A stretch of DNA of 64,000 nucleotides from Macrostomum lignano (lineage: Eukaryota): positions 248,001 to 312,000 of the forward strand of contig NIVC01001184.1 in the NCBI GenBank assembly GCA_002269645.1, written 5' to 3'. Below, in pieces: positions 27,745 through 39,316 of this stretch. A model generated the notes under the pieces. It was not told where the DNA came from, searched no databases, and worked only from the letters and a program-made list of their open reading frames with translations. How positions within the stretch are numbered: the stretch's first letter is position 1; the number at the start of each line of letters is the position of its first letter. The position numbers and the translations under genes are program-made.

Positions 27745-28904
27745 GTATAAACATATTTCATATTAAACAAATCTCTTTTTCATATAAAACAGGTGTAGCT
27801 TTTTTGAATTTCTCTTATTGGTCAAGACTAATGTACTTGTTTAAAAGGGATAAAAACTAGATAAATTTCATGCTCTACCCCTGTTCAAAATTCATCTCTT
27901 TCATTCGCTGACAACAGTAGGCACATAGATACAAAATGGCAGGCACATATCTATTGATCAGTATTCTGCAATGAATATGTCAGTGAGTTTTTCTGGCTTT
28001 GCAAGCAATGCAATAGATGGCTCCTGCAGGTAACTTAGCAGTGTCTCAAGCTGCAGATGCTGCAGTATAGTAGTATATGTACAAGCCCCAAATTCTGGTA
28101 GGCACTCGTGACCTTGGGACCGGAAAATAAAATGGCAATATTTCAATTAAAATAAAATTTAATTTTAATAAAATTAGAATAACCGGAGAATAAAATGGCA
28201 AAATTTGGAGGTGCCTAATAGAGAACAAAACAGAGGCAAGCAAGCTGTCTAGTCACTGCAAAACAAAAACACAAGACAAAAGGGGGCAAACAAAGACAAA
28301 CAAACAGACAGGTGAATGGGCAAGGCAAGGGACAGCCCAGAGGACAAGTGAGAAAGGACAGGCAACTGCCCAGCGGCAGACAGAAGCCTAGGGCAAGGGC
28401 GAGGGAGGCAGTTGACTAGTGCGGCACCTAACTAAATAGTGACTCACTACACTTATATGTATGAATGAAGAATTTTTGTAACCTATGGCCAGTCTGCCTC
28501 TTTAATAGAAGGGTATGATTTTGCCGGAATGGGAGGTTTGGGCTTAGGCTAAGTGTACATAGCAGTTGTAACAGTGTAAGCAAATAGCTAGGACTATGCC
28601 AAGATTCAATTGGTTTTATTATTGGCACCTTTCCCTGTATATTAGCTGAGCAATTAAATCATCACCTTAACACTAGAGTCTAGACTAGGCACTGCTAGGG
28701 CATGGATAAGATACCAGACATACCATAGTCACAATTAGTGAATCAATCTATATAAATCAATAATAAGCCCATCATAAACTTGATATAGAAAACAAAAGGC
28801 AAATCTAAATCTGTCCCTATTTAACTCCTCCCCCTTCTCTGTATGTTTGTCACTTAGCCCTAGATGTTGACTTTCCCCTAGTCCCCCAATGGTTGCCATT
28901 TTAA

Positions 28905-28930
28905 ACCCCCTCTCTCTTTCTTTCTTCTTC

Positions 28931-28995
<65 letters not shown>
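28905..28995. repeat. (CT)n microsatellite
   Basis: Direct pattern. Confidence 0.95.
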
Positions 28996-28998
<3 letters not shown>

Positions 28999-30179
28999 TC
29001 TCCTTACAATGGAGTTTTATAGGTTTGCTTGCCACCTAACTTTTGGGCTCCACTGATCACCCTCTCCTTTCATTATTTGACTCCAAACCCCTAAGCTGGC
29101 AACCCCCAAACACCAAAACCAAAAGCCTAGTCTTGTGCACAGATTTTTTGTCCAATTTTTGTCCTTATATCTTTTATTTTCATAATGAGTTTAAACTAAC
29201 TAAAGCTGGTAGATGGAGTTTATGCATGATTTTTATACTTATAGCTTAACATTTTTTATTAGTTCATACTTAAAATAATGCAAAGTATAAATGGTGCTTC
29301 AAAAGAAACAAACAAGAATGTAACTTATTTGCTTTCAAAAGGATGAATTTGTAGTCAGTCAAATGTAACTCGACTATAGCTATAAATAAAACGAGTATTT
29401 ATATACTGATAGTACTATTTATATGGTACCATGCAAATAATAAGTGCCTAAGATAAATGTATTTATTTTGAATTTGAAGAGCTCCTAATTCCCTGAAATT
29501 GGGGACTTAAGTAGTGAAAACAAAAATGTTTGATATTATATGCTTATTAGGATAGGAGTATTGCAACTTGCAAGGCTAAAATTTAGGTAAATGTTAAAAC
29601 TTTCAATATAAGGAGAACTCTTAAGCCCCTAGGGTTAGTGACTCAGAATATTTTGACACTATATACACATTGTAGTTGGATAGTAGGTACTTTAGTTAAG
29701 GTGAACAAAGTCTATAGAAAAGCTACCTAGGATTTACCATTATCAAAGAAATCTAGATTACAAAGGAGGCATCTTGGAAACTAACTAATAAGCAGGCCAT
29801 TGCTCTGATGGTAAGATCTTGATAGTTGGTAAGAATTAGAGATTTGTTACTTTAGTTAGTTAAACAATATAAGAGAAAGGAGAAAAAAGAGAAAGGAAGT
29901 CTATTCTTTATTGCCTTCCTAATATGAGAATTTATTGCTGGAAAATTAGCTATAAATATTTTGTTTTGTCTAGGGCCTATTAGTAGCTTTAACTAAATAT
30001 GGGTCCTTAATTTAATTGCCTTAAAGCAATACCTAGTTAGGCTTAGGCCTTAATTTAAAAAATGGTAGTTTTTGAAAAATTATTTTATCTATCAAGGCAG
30101 TCTTGTCCCATATGCAAATTGTGCAACAATGAGCTTGCTAAAGTTTTTAACATATACCATAATCAGTGCCACAATGTCA

Positions 30180-30342
30180 TACATGTGCAACCTTTGGAAT
30201 CACTTGGCTGTTTCAATTGGCAACACACACATGTAGGTCGCTATTGGCTAAGAGCAGTCACATGACTACTATTCTATCCAATAGTGACAGATATTGCCAA
30301 TAGAAACAGCCGGGTGAATCCCTAGGTTGCACCTAAGCATGC
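30180..30342. mobile_element. ~170-bp palindromic MITE, copy 1 (degenerate)
   Basis: Aligns with copies at 32128 and 38822. Confidence 0.75.
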
Positions 30343-30857
30343 ACAATGTGATATAAGAATTTGTAGGCCTTGCCTAGGCCTAGTCTTCTAATAACTATTA
30401 ATGACAGCATCAATATACAAACCAATCATTCACTATATTGACTTTGTCCCTAGTATATCCTTAGGTCTTCCCCTAGTTTTTCAGAATATACAATAAGATA
30501 TTATTTGGCCTTCTATATATGGCATACAATATAAAGTAAAAAATTGTTAGATGCATGATATTTTGCTTTGATATTATGCTTAGGATGTTGAACTTTGTGA
30601 CTTAGGAGCCAAAAGTATAGTAATTTAATATTAACATTCTTGTAAATATTAAATTAAAGCATTAAGCTTTCTTCAACTTCAATAGGTCTGAGGCTTAAGG
30701 GTAAAGTATAGATATTAGTACTTAATTTGATTGTCCATTGTTTATAGTTCCTTAGTGAGGTCCATATTTTTTTCATATAAATTCATGTTACTAAATGCAA
30801 TCCTCTGGTAAAAAAGTCAAATCTATCAAATTTTAATTTTGTTTGGCATCATTACAG

Positions 30858-31613
30858 GGCTGCAATTGCCACATTGACAGCCGTGTAGCCTGGCTCAATT
30901 GGCCAGAAGCTACCAATGTAGAATTCACAACCGCAGATGAGCTGGACTCAGCTGTTGACGATGCTGACTTGGTTGATGGAGTTCCAACTTTAAGATTTCT
31001 CTCTGCTGCAGCACTAACAGAGGACTCAAACTTTCTAAGAAATCGCTGTCTATCATTGAGTCCGCCTAGATCTGTTTGGCCTCAATTAGTTCGCAGTGCC
31101 ATTAAACAGGGTCACAGTCTCAGCTTGGTTCATCTGGCCACTGTATGGCCTTTTGATGAGTTCTCAGTACTAGATACTGCGCCACTGTCTTTCACCGCAA
31201 CAATTGACAGTCTTCAGAAGCCTAGTAGCTGTCGAAATCTTGCCCTGTCAGAAATCTGGTCATTAATCTGCCTGGCTGTGATCAATCGATGCCGAAATAA
31301 CTCGGCTTCATCCGCAACTGCACCAGCATCGATTCGCTATCATTTGCCTGGTCAGCCGCCGTCTGCGCAGCAGCAGTTTGCTTTCCTTGATCAGCTAGCA
31401 AGTTGCGGCGATGTTAGCAGATCTGTTCAAGTTGATCTTGACGTTGCTGTTGAAGGTCAAAATGAACTGTTGCGCCTAGCGTCTGTTGTATCGCGCTGTT
31501 ATCGGGGTCAGCTACGCTTGCGACGACTTTGTGTAGCATCGGTGCATCCAATGAAACTGTTGAGCGTTGTAAACGAACTTAAAATTGGTAGCTGGAGAAG
31601 TATTAATGAAGAG
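30858..31613 (+). CDS. Leucine-rich-repeat (RNI-like) protein, first detected exon (no ATG; opens at an acceptor)
   Basis: CATTACAG acceptor at 30857 phase 0; 252 open codons; donor GAG|GTGGGT at 31614. Confidence 0.7.
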
Positions 31614-31670
31614 GTGGGTTTTCATAACAGCGTATTCAGATTTTGTGAATATAGATTTTAGTATATAGGA

Positions 31671-31930
31671 CTAGCAATCAGCGCCCCCCCCATTGGGGCG
31701 GGGAGGCAACATATATAGAAATGAACATTTTTGGGATAAACTACATGTAAGTCTTTTAACATGTACTGTTAGTATCCTAAGGAAAACGTGTTAAAAAGCA
31801 GAAAAGATCCCCTGTAATCTTTGGAATTTTAAGCCCTGGCCTAAGCCTAATTCTCCTTCGATCTACCTTTGGCTTGACCAACAACTTTCAATTGAGCCTT
31901 GGCATCTATGTCAGCGATTCTCCCCAAGAA
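31671..31930 (-). mobile_element. Helitron-like 3' terminus, copy 1 (in LRR intron 1)
   Basis: On - strand: GC hairpin CGCCCC..GGGGCG, 7 nt, CTAG, then T; ~250 bp shared with the copy at 56201. Confidence 0.55.
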
Positions 31931-32127
31931 CAAAAAAACACAAGTTCGAACCAGATAGACGAATTCAGTATCGAATAAAACATGAGTAGCTGATGTGTTT
32001 ATCAAGTTACCCGATCCTAAAAACCTTACAGGCATATGCTGTTACCCTAACAAAATTAAACTAAGCTAGAGGGCCCTTACTTTCTTTTCGTTATAAATCG
32101 CACACACGACTAGCGTCTATCTTGACA

Positions 32128-32299
32128 TACATGCGCAACCTTGGGAATCACTCGGCCGTTTCTATTGGCAACACACGCATGTAAGTCGCTATTGGCTGAG
32201 AGCAGTCACGTGACTACTATTCCGTCCAATAGCGACTTACATGTGTGTGTTGCCAATAGAAACGGCCGGGTGAATCCCTAGGTTGCGCCCAAGCATGTA
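32128..32299. mobile_element. ~170-bp palindromic MITE, copy 2
   Basis: TACATG...CATGTA ends, long internal self-complementarity, central GTCACGTGAC. Confidence 0.8.
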
Positions 32300-32343
32300 T
32301 CCTGTATTTGCAGCAAAAGTTAATCTATATTTTTCTTCCCCAG

Positions 32344-32800
32344 TCGCTACCGATCAGTGTTTGTCTGACAGACACCGATCTGAGCATTGGCAGCCTATCT
32401 CAGGTCAATGCTAGTCAACTTTGGCAAAGTCTTCTTGACAATGCAACCTGCCTGGACCTGAGCCGTAGTCGCCTTGATCGTCGTTCAGTTATTAGCCTTG
32501 GAGCACTGTTAGGCTTGGCCTCAGTTGATCCCAATAATGCAGCAAATGCAACACCAATGAGCAGCCGTTTGCAGCATCTCAATTTAAGCGGCAATCCTGG
32601 CATCCAGCTGCCTTCTTTTGGTTCTATAGTCGGTAATTTGACTGCTTTGTGCCTTGCCGGCTGCAGATTGCGAGCGAACTCATCAGATCTGTTGGCTGTT
32701 ATAAACGCTTGTCGTTTGACTTTGCAGCATTTGGATCTGTCCGATAATCCTTTGCTGCTCCCGGTGGAAATGATTGAAACTTCCGGCGCTTCGTTCTATG
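32344..32800 (+). CDS. LRR protein exon 2
   Basis: CAG acceptor 32343, donor G|GTAAAC 32801 phase 1; LQHLNLSGN, LTALCLAGCRL and LQHLDLSDN LRR units. Confidence 0.82.
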
Positions 32801-32931
32801 GTAAACAGCCTTGTATGAGGGTTTTACACCCCGTGTCCTTCGTTGGTTGTACACCCCGTATCCTTATATAGTTGTGTGACCCGTGTTCTTAGATAGTAGG
32901 GCACACCCCGTGTCCTTAGGTTGTTGTAAAC

Positions 32932-33344
32932 CAGGGTCGGCAAACTTTTACCGCAAGGGCCAGATAGAGAATCTAGCGCATGACTGCGGGCCAGAGGATT
33001 GGAAGAGAGGAGAGAAAAGAGAGATAGGAGAAAGGAGATGAGATAATAAAGAAGGAGAGAGGAGACGAGATGAGGGATGAAATCGAAGAGGGGGAAAAGG
33101 GAAGAAGAGAGGAGGAAGGGAAGAGGAGAGGAGGGAGAGGAGAGGAGAAAGGGAAGAGGAGAGGAGGGAGAGGAGAGGAGAAAGGGAAGAGGAGAGGAGG
33201 GAGGGAAGAGATTAGGGAGATAAGAGAGAGAAGGGAGCTGAGAAGAGAGGCAAACCTTGAGCAGGCCAGATTGCTATTGTGAAGTTTCAAAGAACCCGAG
33301 AACCGGATAGAGAGGCTTCGCGGGCCATAGTTTGCCGACCCCTG
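32932..33344 (+). mobile_element. Complete hAT (Buster/Charlie-like) MITE with a polypurine core
   Basis: TIRs CAGGGTCGGCAAAC / GTTTGCCGACCCCTG; perfect 8-bp TSD TTGTAAAC. Confidence 0.88.
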
Positions 33345-33484
33345 TTGTAAACACTATCCTGTGTCCTTCAAGATGTGTCCATAGACCTTAGACAGTGCAG
33401 GGCCATTGGTGGACCCGTGTCTTAAAGAGATTCCGTTTCAAGTGTTACGATCGTGTCCTACTTGAACAATTTTCACTTCTCCAG

Positions 33485-33933
33485 CAGAACTGTTTCGTCT
33501 GCAACGGCTGTCCTCACTACGCCTAGCCTGTCTAACCAGTCCTGGTGGATTGGACAGGGAAATTGGAGCCAACGGAAGCAACTCTTCAGTAGCTTTACTA
33601 TTAGACTCTGTGCTAACTGGCTGCCCTAAATTGTGCCGGTTAGACATTAGCGATTGGCCAGTTGGCACTAGAGATTGGGCCACTAGCTTGCTGCCGATAC
33701 TACTAACTAGTAGCGATGTGAGTAGGTCGCACTCTCTGAAATTGCTAGTGCTCAGCTGGCCTAGAGGCTATCAAGCGGACGATTGGTCCGATGGAAGCGG
33801 CGAATTTCGTGACGCTGAGGATGGCGAAGATTTCGAAGAATTTCAAGCCGAGCTGGATATTGAAGCCAGGGACTCCTATGCTGCTGGTGTAGATCGTTTG
33901 CAGTCTGCTGGCTGCGGTCTTGTTTGGGTCTAA
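33485..33933 (+). CDS. LRR protein last exon
   Basis: CCAG acceptor 33484 phase 1 restores the frame; LCRLDISDW; acidic C-terminus; TAA. Confidence 0.8.
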
Positions 33934-34002
33934 TATTTCCATATTTGTAGGCTCTCTGTGATTTCTAATGTTGTCAATTTGTTTGCGATTAACTATTGAG
34001 AT

Positions 34003-34352
34003 TTTCAGACCGGAAGTGTCAAAATAGCTAATGAGGCTTCCAGACCGGAAGTGTCAAATTAGCTAATTAGGCTTCCGGACCGGAAGTGTCAAATTAGCTA
34101 ATTAGGCTTCCAGACCGGAAGTGTCAAAATAGCTAATTAGGCTTCCAGACCGGAAGTGTCAAATTAGCTAATTAGGCTTCCAGACCGGAAGTGTCAAATT
34201 AGCTAATTAGTCTTCCAGACCGGAAGTGTCAAATTAGCTAATCAGGCTTCCAGACCGGAAGTGTCAGATTAGCTATTCAATAATTAGGCTTCCAGACCGG
34301 AAGTGTCAAATTAGCTAGTTAGGCTTCCAGACCGGAAGTGTCAAATTAGCTA
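34003..34352. repeat. 35-bp minisatellite, 10 copies, each containing CCGGAAGT
   Basis: Unit TTCCAGACCGGAAGTGTCAAATTAGCTAATTAGGC. Confidence 0.95.
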
Positions 34353-34739
34353 CCGAGACTATCAGTAGCTTGTTAAAACATAGATTTTCCTGACTATTTT
34401 TTTGGCGTGGACCTTGATTGTTGCTAATTGATTCTTGAACGACGATTTGCCTTTCAGTTTTAATTGGAAAATACTGTCTCACTGTTTGATCAACGCTTTA
34501 AATTGCTTTATTTATGTGCCAATAAATAAATATTCGACTATTCATGCCAATGAATAGTATTTATTTAATTAATAAATACATATTTTATTTAAATAAACTT
34601 GGTTACTAATTTTAAAAAGTTAGATTTGGCTTACAGCTTTTTTGAGTTTTATTGGCAGCAATTAATTTCACTAGATCCAAATCTAAAGTCTTAGACTTTA
34701 CATCGTACGCCTCATCCCAATCCCTTTATTAAACAATTC

Positions 34740-35145
34740 ACCCAAATCCCTACCTCAAACCCTTCACCAGATCCCTAATTCAACCCTTCGCCCAGATCCG
34801 TACTTCAAAACCTTCACCCAGATCCCTACTTCAAAACCTTCACCCAGATCCCTACTTCAAAACCTTCATCCAGATCCCTACTTCAACCCTTTCACCCAGA
34901 TCCCTACTTCAACCATTTCACCCAGATCCCTACTTCAACACTTTCACCCAGATCCCTACTTCAACCCTTTCACCCAGATCCCTACTTCAACACTTTCACC
35001 CAGATCCCTACTTCAACCCTTTCACCCAGATCCCTACTTCAAAACCTTCACCCAGATCCCTACTTCAACACTTTCACCCAGATCCCTACTTCAAAACCTT
35101 CATCCAGATCCCTACTTCAACCATTTACCCAGATCCCTACTTCAA
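34740..35145. repeat. 26-bp minisatellite (CCCAGATCCCTACTTCAAAACCTTCA)
   Basis: Direct pattern; same family as 41460-42070. Confidence 0.9.
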
Positions 35146-35839
35146 CCAAAAAAATCCTGCTATGGACCATAGACATCAAATCATTTTTTAAAACTTGTCT
35201 TAACGTTCTTAACGTTCTCGGCTTCGCCTCGTTCAATAAACAAGTCACTCAAGCATTTATTTCCCTAGCACTGGTTTAAATGGGGAATAATATGTACCTT
35301 AGGCAGCGGCTATTATTTCAGCGACTATCGTTTCTAGCTGTCTCAGCTAGTCAGCGGATGAGACAACACTGACCATAGATGGCCATGGAGGAAAAGTATG
35401 AAATCAGTCATTCCCCGTTTAAAAAATAGTAATACGTGTGTTCCTCACCATCTCAACATACTTTAGCTTAACTATTAACTCTTAACAGAATTCAGCTTGC
35501 TCCCCTTAGCAGATTCAAAACTCAGCACCAAAGCATAGGCCACAGACGAAAAGTCCAAAGTCTATTACAGAGATAGGAAAAACAGGTTTTTGGACATTTT
35601 CACCCATTTCTTAAGGTGGCACCCTATTTTTTATTAGCCTAAAACATATTCTGGAAAATTTCTCGTCTATTAGTCCAAGTCACATCTTTCTACGACTTAC
35701 CGTTTAAGAGGAAATGCCGCACAAACAAACATACGCCACGGTCTCAGAGTGAGTTTTAGTATTAGGAAGATAGATAGATCAGTAGAACATACAGTTTTTT
35801 CTTTCCCCTTTTATGCTCTGAATCGTCCATTAACTTAGA

Positions 35840-36121
35840 ATGTCGGCCCAGTCGCCAGCCTCAATGTCGCTAATGGAACAGGAGCTGAATCAGGCTCAGA
35901 TTCGAGAGATTTTCACCTCGTTCAATCGATCGCATCAGCGCTGCTTCACCGATTGCGTTAACAAATTCGACAGGCGAAGCGTTAGCGATTCGGAGAAGAA
36001 TTGCGTAGCAAACTGCGTGGCCAAGTATATGAATACTACTCAGAGAATTTCTATGCGATTCCAGGAGCACCAGGCCATGATCACGGGCGGCGGGGCTGTT
36101 GCTCAAGGCCAGGGAAAATAG
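35840..36121 (+). CDS. TIMM9: Mitochondrial import small Tim chaperone Tim9, intronless, 93 aa
   Basis: Twin CX3C (RCFTDC, NCVANC) and the KYMNTTQRISMRFQE signature. Confidence 0.93.
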   Translation: MSAQSPASMSLMEQELNQAQIREIFTSFNRSHQRCFTDCVNKFDRRSVSDSEKNCVANCVAKYMNTTQRISMRFQEHQAMITGGGAVAQGQGK

Positions 36122-36439
36122 ACTGCTTTGCGAATGTTTTTATAGTCTGGTTGGCATTTTAAGCATCCTAGTAAAGTACATAATTTAATAATTGTCAACA
36201 ACTATTGTCTGTTTTGTCCGCAACAAAAAGTGCAATTTTGTCTTTCTTTCTTTCAGATTCAGATTCAGACTAGTAAAACAGTAGGATAGGATCACTGGAG
36301 GTTGGTTTTTTAGTTGCAAATAGATTTGCGAGATATGAAGTTTTCTGGGTTTTAGCACTGTATCGACAGAATACCATCTTCTGAATTTTTGAATTGCAAA
36401 TGAAACGAATTGATTAAGGAGTAAATTTTTAACAGGCCT

Positions 36440-37009
36440 TAGCAATCCATGGCTCCGGGCCAGATGAGAGAGGAAAGGAGAGGGAACAAAGAGAGAAAAG
36501 AGAAGATAAAAGATGACAAGATAAAATTTTTGCACTTACTTTCATATACGGCAATCTTTTTAGCGGTTGTGAAGTTTCGCGGTTGTGAAAGTAGGTGATT
36601 TAGCGGTTGTGAAGTTTCGCGGTTGTGAAAGTAGGTGATTTAGCGGTTGTGAAGTTTCGCGGTTGTGAAAGTAGGTGATTTAGCGGTTGTGAAGTTTCGC
36701 GGTTGTGAAAGTAGGTGATTTAGCGGTTGTGAAATTTCGCGTTTGTGAAAGCAATCCGTCTTGCTCAAGGACACAAATTGTTCTTATTAGCATCGGGAAT
36801 AGAACCCCGTACCTTCAAGTCGTGCGTCCGACGCTCTGACCACTAGGCTATTGTAAAAACCCCTTTAGAAGATTGAAAGAGTTGAAAGGAGAGAGGAGGT
36901 AAGACAGCTGAAAAGAGACCTTGAGCGGGCCGGATCGCCATTGTGAGTTTCAAAGGACCCCAAGACCGGATAGAAGCTTCGCGAGCCGGAGTTTGCCGAC
37001 CAACTCCTG
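36440..37009 (+). mobile_element. Degenerate copy of the polypurine-core hAT MITE, interrupted by a SINE
   Basis: Shares CCTTGAGCGGGCCGGAT...GTTTGCCGACC 3' part and GGGCCAGA 5' part with 32932-33344. Confidence 0.65.
36535..36850 (-). mobile_element. tRNA-derived SINE with an internal 40-bp tandem repeat (36561-36750)
   Basis: A box TAGCCTAGTGG (36850-36840), B box GGTTCTATTCC (36806-36796) at tRNA spacing, then GTGTCCTTGAGCAAGAC resembling a CORE-type SINE body. Confidence 0.7.
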
Positions 37010-37346
37010 GACTAGAAAAGGCACACTTGAGCACAAGCACAACAAAAATTTCCATCAGAACGTCTTTTGCCTGATTGCTCGCCTCCATGGCTAGAAAAGA
37101 ATAGTTTGATTAACTTGCGAAAGACACTTTGGTATTTTGCTCCATATAAAATTCGGAACCTCAGAAGGTGAAGTTTTGTCTGTATTTTGTGGCGATAACC
37201 AGCCTCCAGTGAAATTTGAGTGCAGAGTCCTGCTTTGATTATCCATGGTCAAAAGTCAGTTGCGTATCTGAGATGAAATTTCATCGACAGCTCCAAAAGT
37301 GGAAAAAAAGTCCAACTTTTAAATATTTGTAATATAAATTCTTCAG

Positions 37347-38522
37347 GAAAGCCAACCGTCTGCTGTAACAGTGGCAGCAACAGCGCCACAGTGCGTCGCA
37401 GCTGAAGCTTCACATTCATCTGAGAGCCAAGTTGAAGTTAACACACTAGTTGAACTAACAGATTGCAATCTTAACTTAGAAGCAAGCCAGGGTCGAAGTC
37501 AGCAAGCTAATAAACAACGATTTAAACAAGCGCGAGCGCCTCCGCCTGCAAAACAACAAGCTGAGGCATGCCAGTCATTGAATTTCCGTAATCCAGTAAC
37601 CGCACGTTATCCAAACACGGATCAGTTGTGGCACAGAGTTGGAGAATTATCCCTATTCGATTGGTCAGTGTCCGGCAACGAGACTTGCATAGTAGTTCGC
37701 GGTCGAGGCTTCTGCATCGCTCTAGACGTTGGCGTCTGCCCGCCGCAGGCTGTGGACGCCGATCACGTGTTTATTAGTCACGGTCACGTTGATCATTGCG
37801 GCGCATTGCACATGCATATTAGAAAGCGTCAGTTGCTTAGACTGCCACCGGCTGTCTACTACATGCCCGAATGTCTAATAAATCCAATGCAATCTACATT
37901 GGCTGCATTTGTTACCATGCAAGGTGACAGCGACTATGCGGAAATGGTGTCCAACTCTAGACTTGTCGGTTTGAAAGTTGGCGATCGAGTTCCAATTAGT
38001 AATGACAATAATCAGCCTGCCGATGCAGCCAGTCTGACCTTGAGCGTATTCGCTACTGATCATCGGGTGCCCAGTTTGGGCTGCATATTGCGCCGTAGAC
38101 ACATCGTTTTGCTGCCTGAATGTCGTCGACTGAGCCAGGATGAGCTGCGAGCACGGGTTGCTCAGGGCCTGCCAGTGCGCGGTCCCGAGTGGGAGCCGTT
38201 GCTAGGCTACACTGGAGACACCAGATTCAATGTATTCTTAACGCCGCAAGATCCGGACTTGTTGCGCGTTAGATTGCTCATTTCCGAGTTGACATTTTTG
38301 AGTGGTTCGATTGAACGCGCAGATAGTTTTGGACATTGTCACGTTGATCAATTTGCGCAGCATTGGAGACTGTTTGGCGCTGTGAATCGGCTTGTGTTTG
38401 TGCACTTTAGCAATAAGGTTTTGCCGGAAGAGATTCTTGAGCGGGTGTACTCAACTTTGCCTCAACAGCTGGGTCGCAGAGTCTACTGCGGACTGATTGC
38501 CAAGAGATTGCTGTATTCATGA
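37347..38522 (+). CDS. tRNase Z short form, TM/plant type (metallo-beta-lactamase fold), copy A; intronless, opens at a splice acceptor
   Basis: WSVSGxETC, ALDVGVCP, SHGHVDH, TDHRVPS, YTGDT, SELT, GHCH and VHFS; TTCTTCAG acceptor at 37346 phase 0 with in-frame TAA at 37335. Confidence 0.88.
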   Translation, partial: ESQPSAVTVAATAPQCVAAEASHSSESQVEVNTLVELTDCNLNLEASQGRSQQANKQRFKQARAPPPAKQQAEACQSLNFRNPVTARYPNTDQLWHRVGELSLFDWSVSGNETCIVVRGRGFCIALDVGVCPPQAVDADHVFISHGHVDHCGALHMHIRKRQLLRLPPAVYYMPECLINPMQSTLAAFVTMQGDSDYAEMVSNSRLVGLKVGDRVPISNDNNQPADAASLTLSVFATDHRVPSLGCILRRRHIVLLPECRRLSQDELRARVAQGLPVRGPEWEPLLGYTGDTRFNVFLTPQDPDLLRVRLLISELTFLSGSIERADSFGHCHVDQFAQHWRLFGAVNRLVFVHFSNKVLPEEILERVYSTLPQQLGRRVYCGLIAKRLLYS

Positions 38523-38821
38523 GCCATGGACTACAAAATGAAAGAGAAACTTTCCAAACAGAGCTTGTTATCCTTAAGTAATTTGCTTGTACACAAGCTT
38601 GGTAACTATATGTGCAATAGACAGACTGATATGTACCGAAACAAATCTGATATAGCTGAATATGAGCAACCATTCTCAACCATCCGATTTATCGTGGCTT
38701 TGAGGCAAGCATAGAAATCGAACACCAAAATGGTGTACACTTCTTCTCTGAGATAAAAAGACTGTATAGGATTGCTCATCTGCAAAATGGCTGCGGTTAA
38801 AAGGGTCCTCAAAAATTGAGA

Positions 38822-38994
38822 ACATGCTTGGGCGCAACCTAGGGATTCGCCCGGCCGTTTCTATTGGCAAAACACACATGTAAGTCGCTATTGGACGGAA
38901 TAGTAGTCACGTGACTGCTCTCAGCCAATAGCGACTTACATGTGTGTGTGTTGCCAATAGAAACGGCCGAGTGATTCCCAAGGTTGCGCATGTA
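38822..38994. mobile_element. ~170-bp palindromic MITE, copy 3 (inverted relative to copy 2)
   Basis: Near-identical to the reverse complement of 32128-32299. Confidence 0.8.
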
Positions 38995-39316
38995 TGAATT
39001 TGAGAAACTACTCGTATATTGGTTGCTGAAGTTTTTAAAATACTTCTACCAGTGAATATTATTGGTTGATGCAGGGAAATCCGCTGCTCACGAATTTAAT
39101 CTCTCATTCAACTGAGAAAAGTAAACTCGGTCGTTTAAGACACAGACAAGTAACTTTATAGCCTCGCAGATAATCTTCACGACCATAGGCAACTTTTGGG
39201 AGGACTCCAGGCTTTGCCATGCTTCAAGGCTTCAAGATTAAGTATTGAAAACAGCACGAAACAAACAATGAAACTTAGTCTATGTTAGAAAGCTCCCTGG
39301 ACTAATACTTTACATA

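Noticed and set aside
27955-28030. Possible upstream exon of the LRR gene (FWLCKQCNRWLLQ then GTAAC donor)
   Set aside because: Phase fits but there is no start, a weak acceptor and no homology I can recognise
36790-36850. Possible tRNA gene
   Set aside because: A and B boxes are present but there is no acceptor stem pairing; it continues into a SINE-like body
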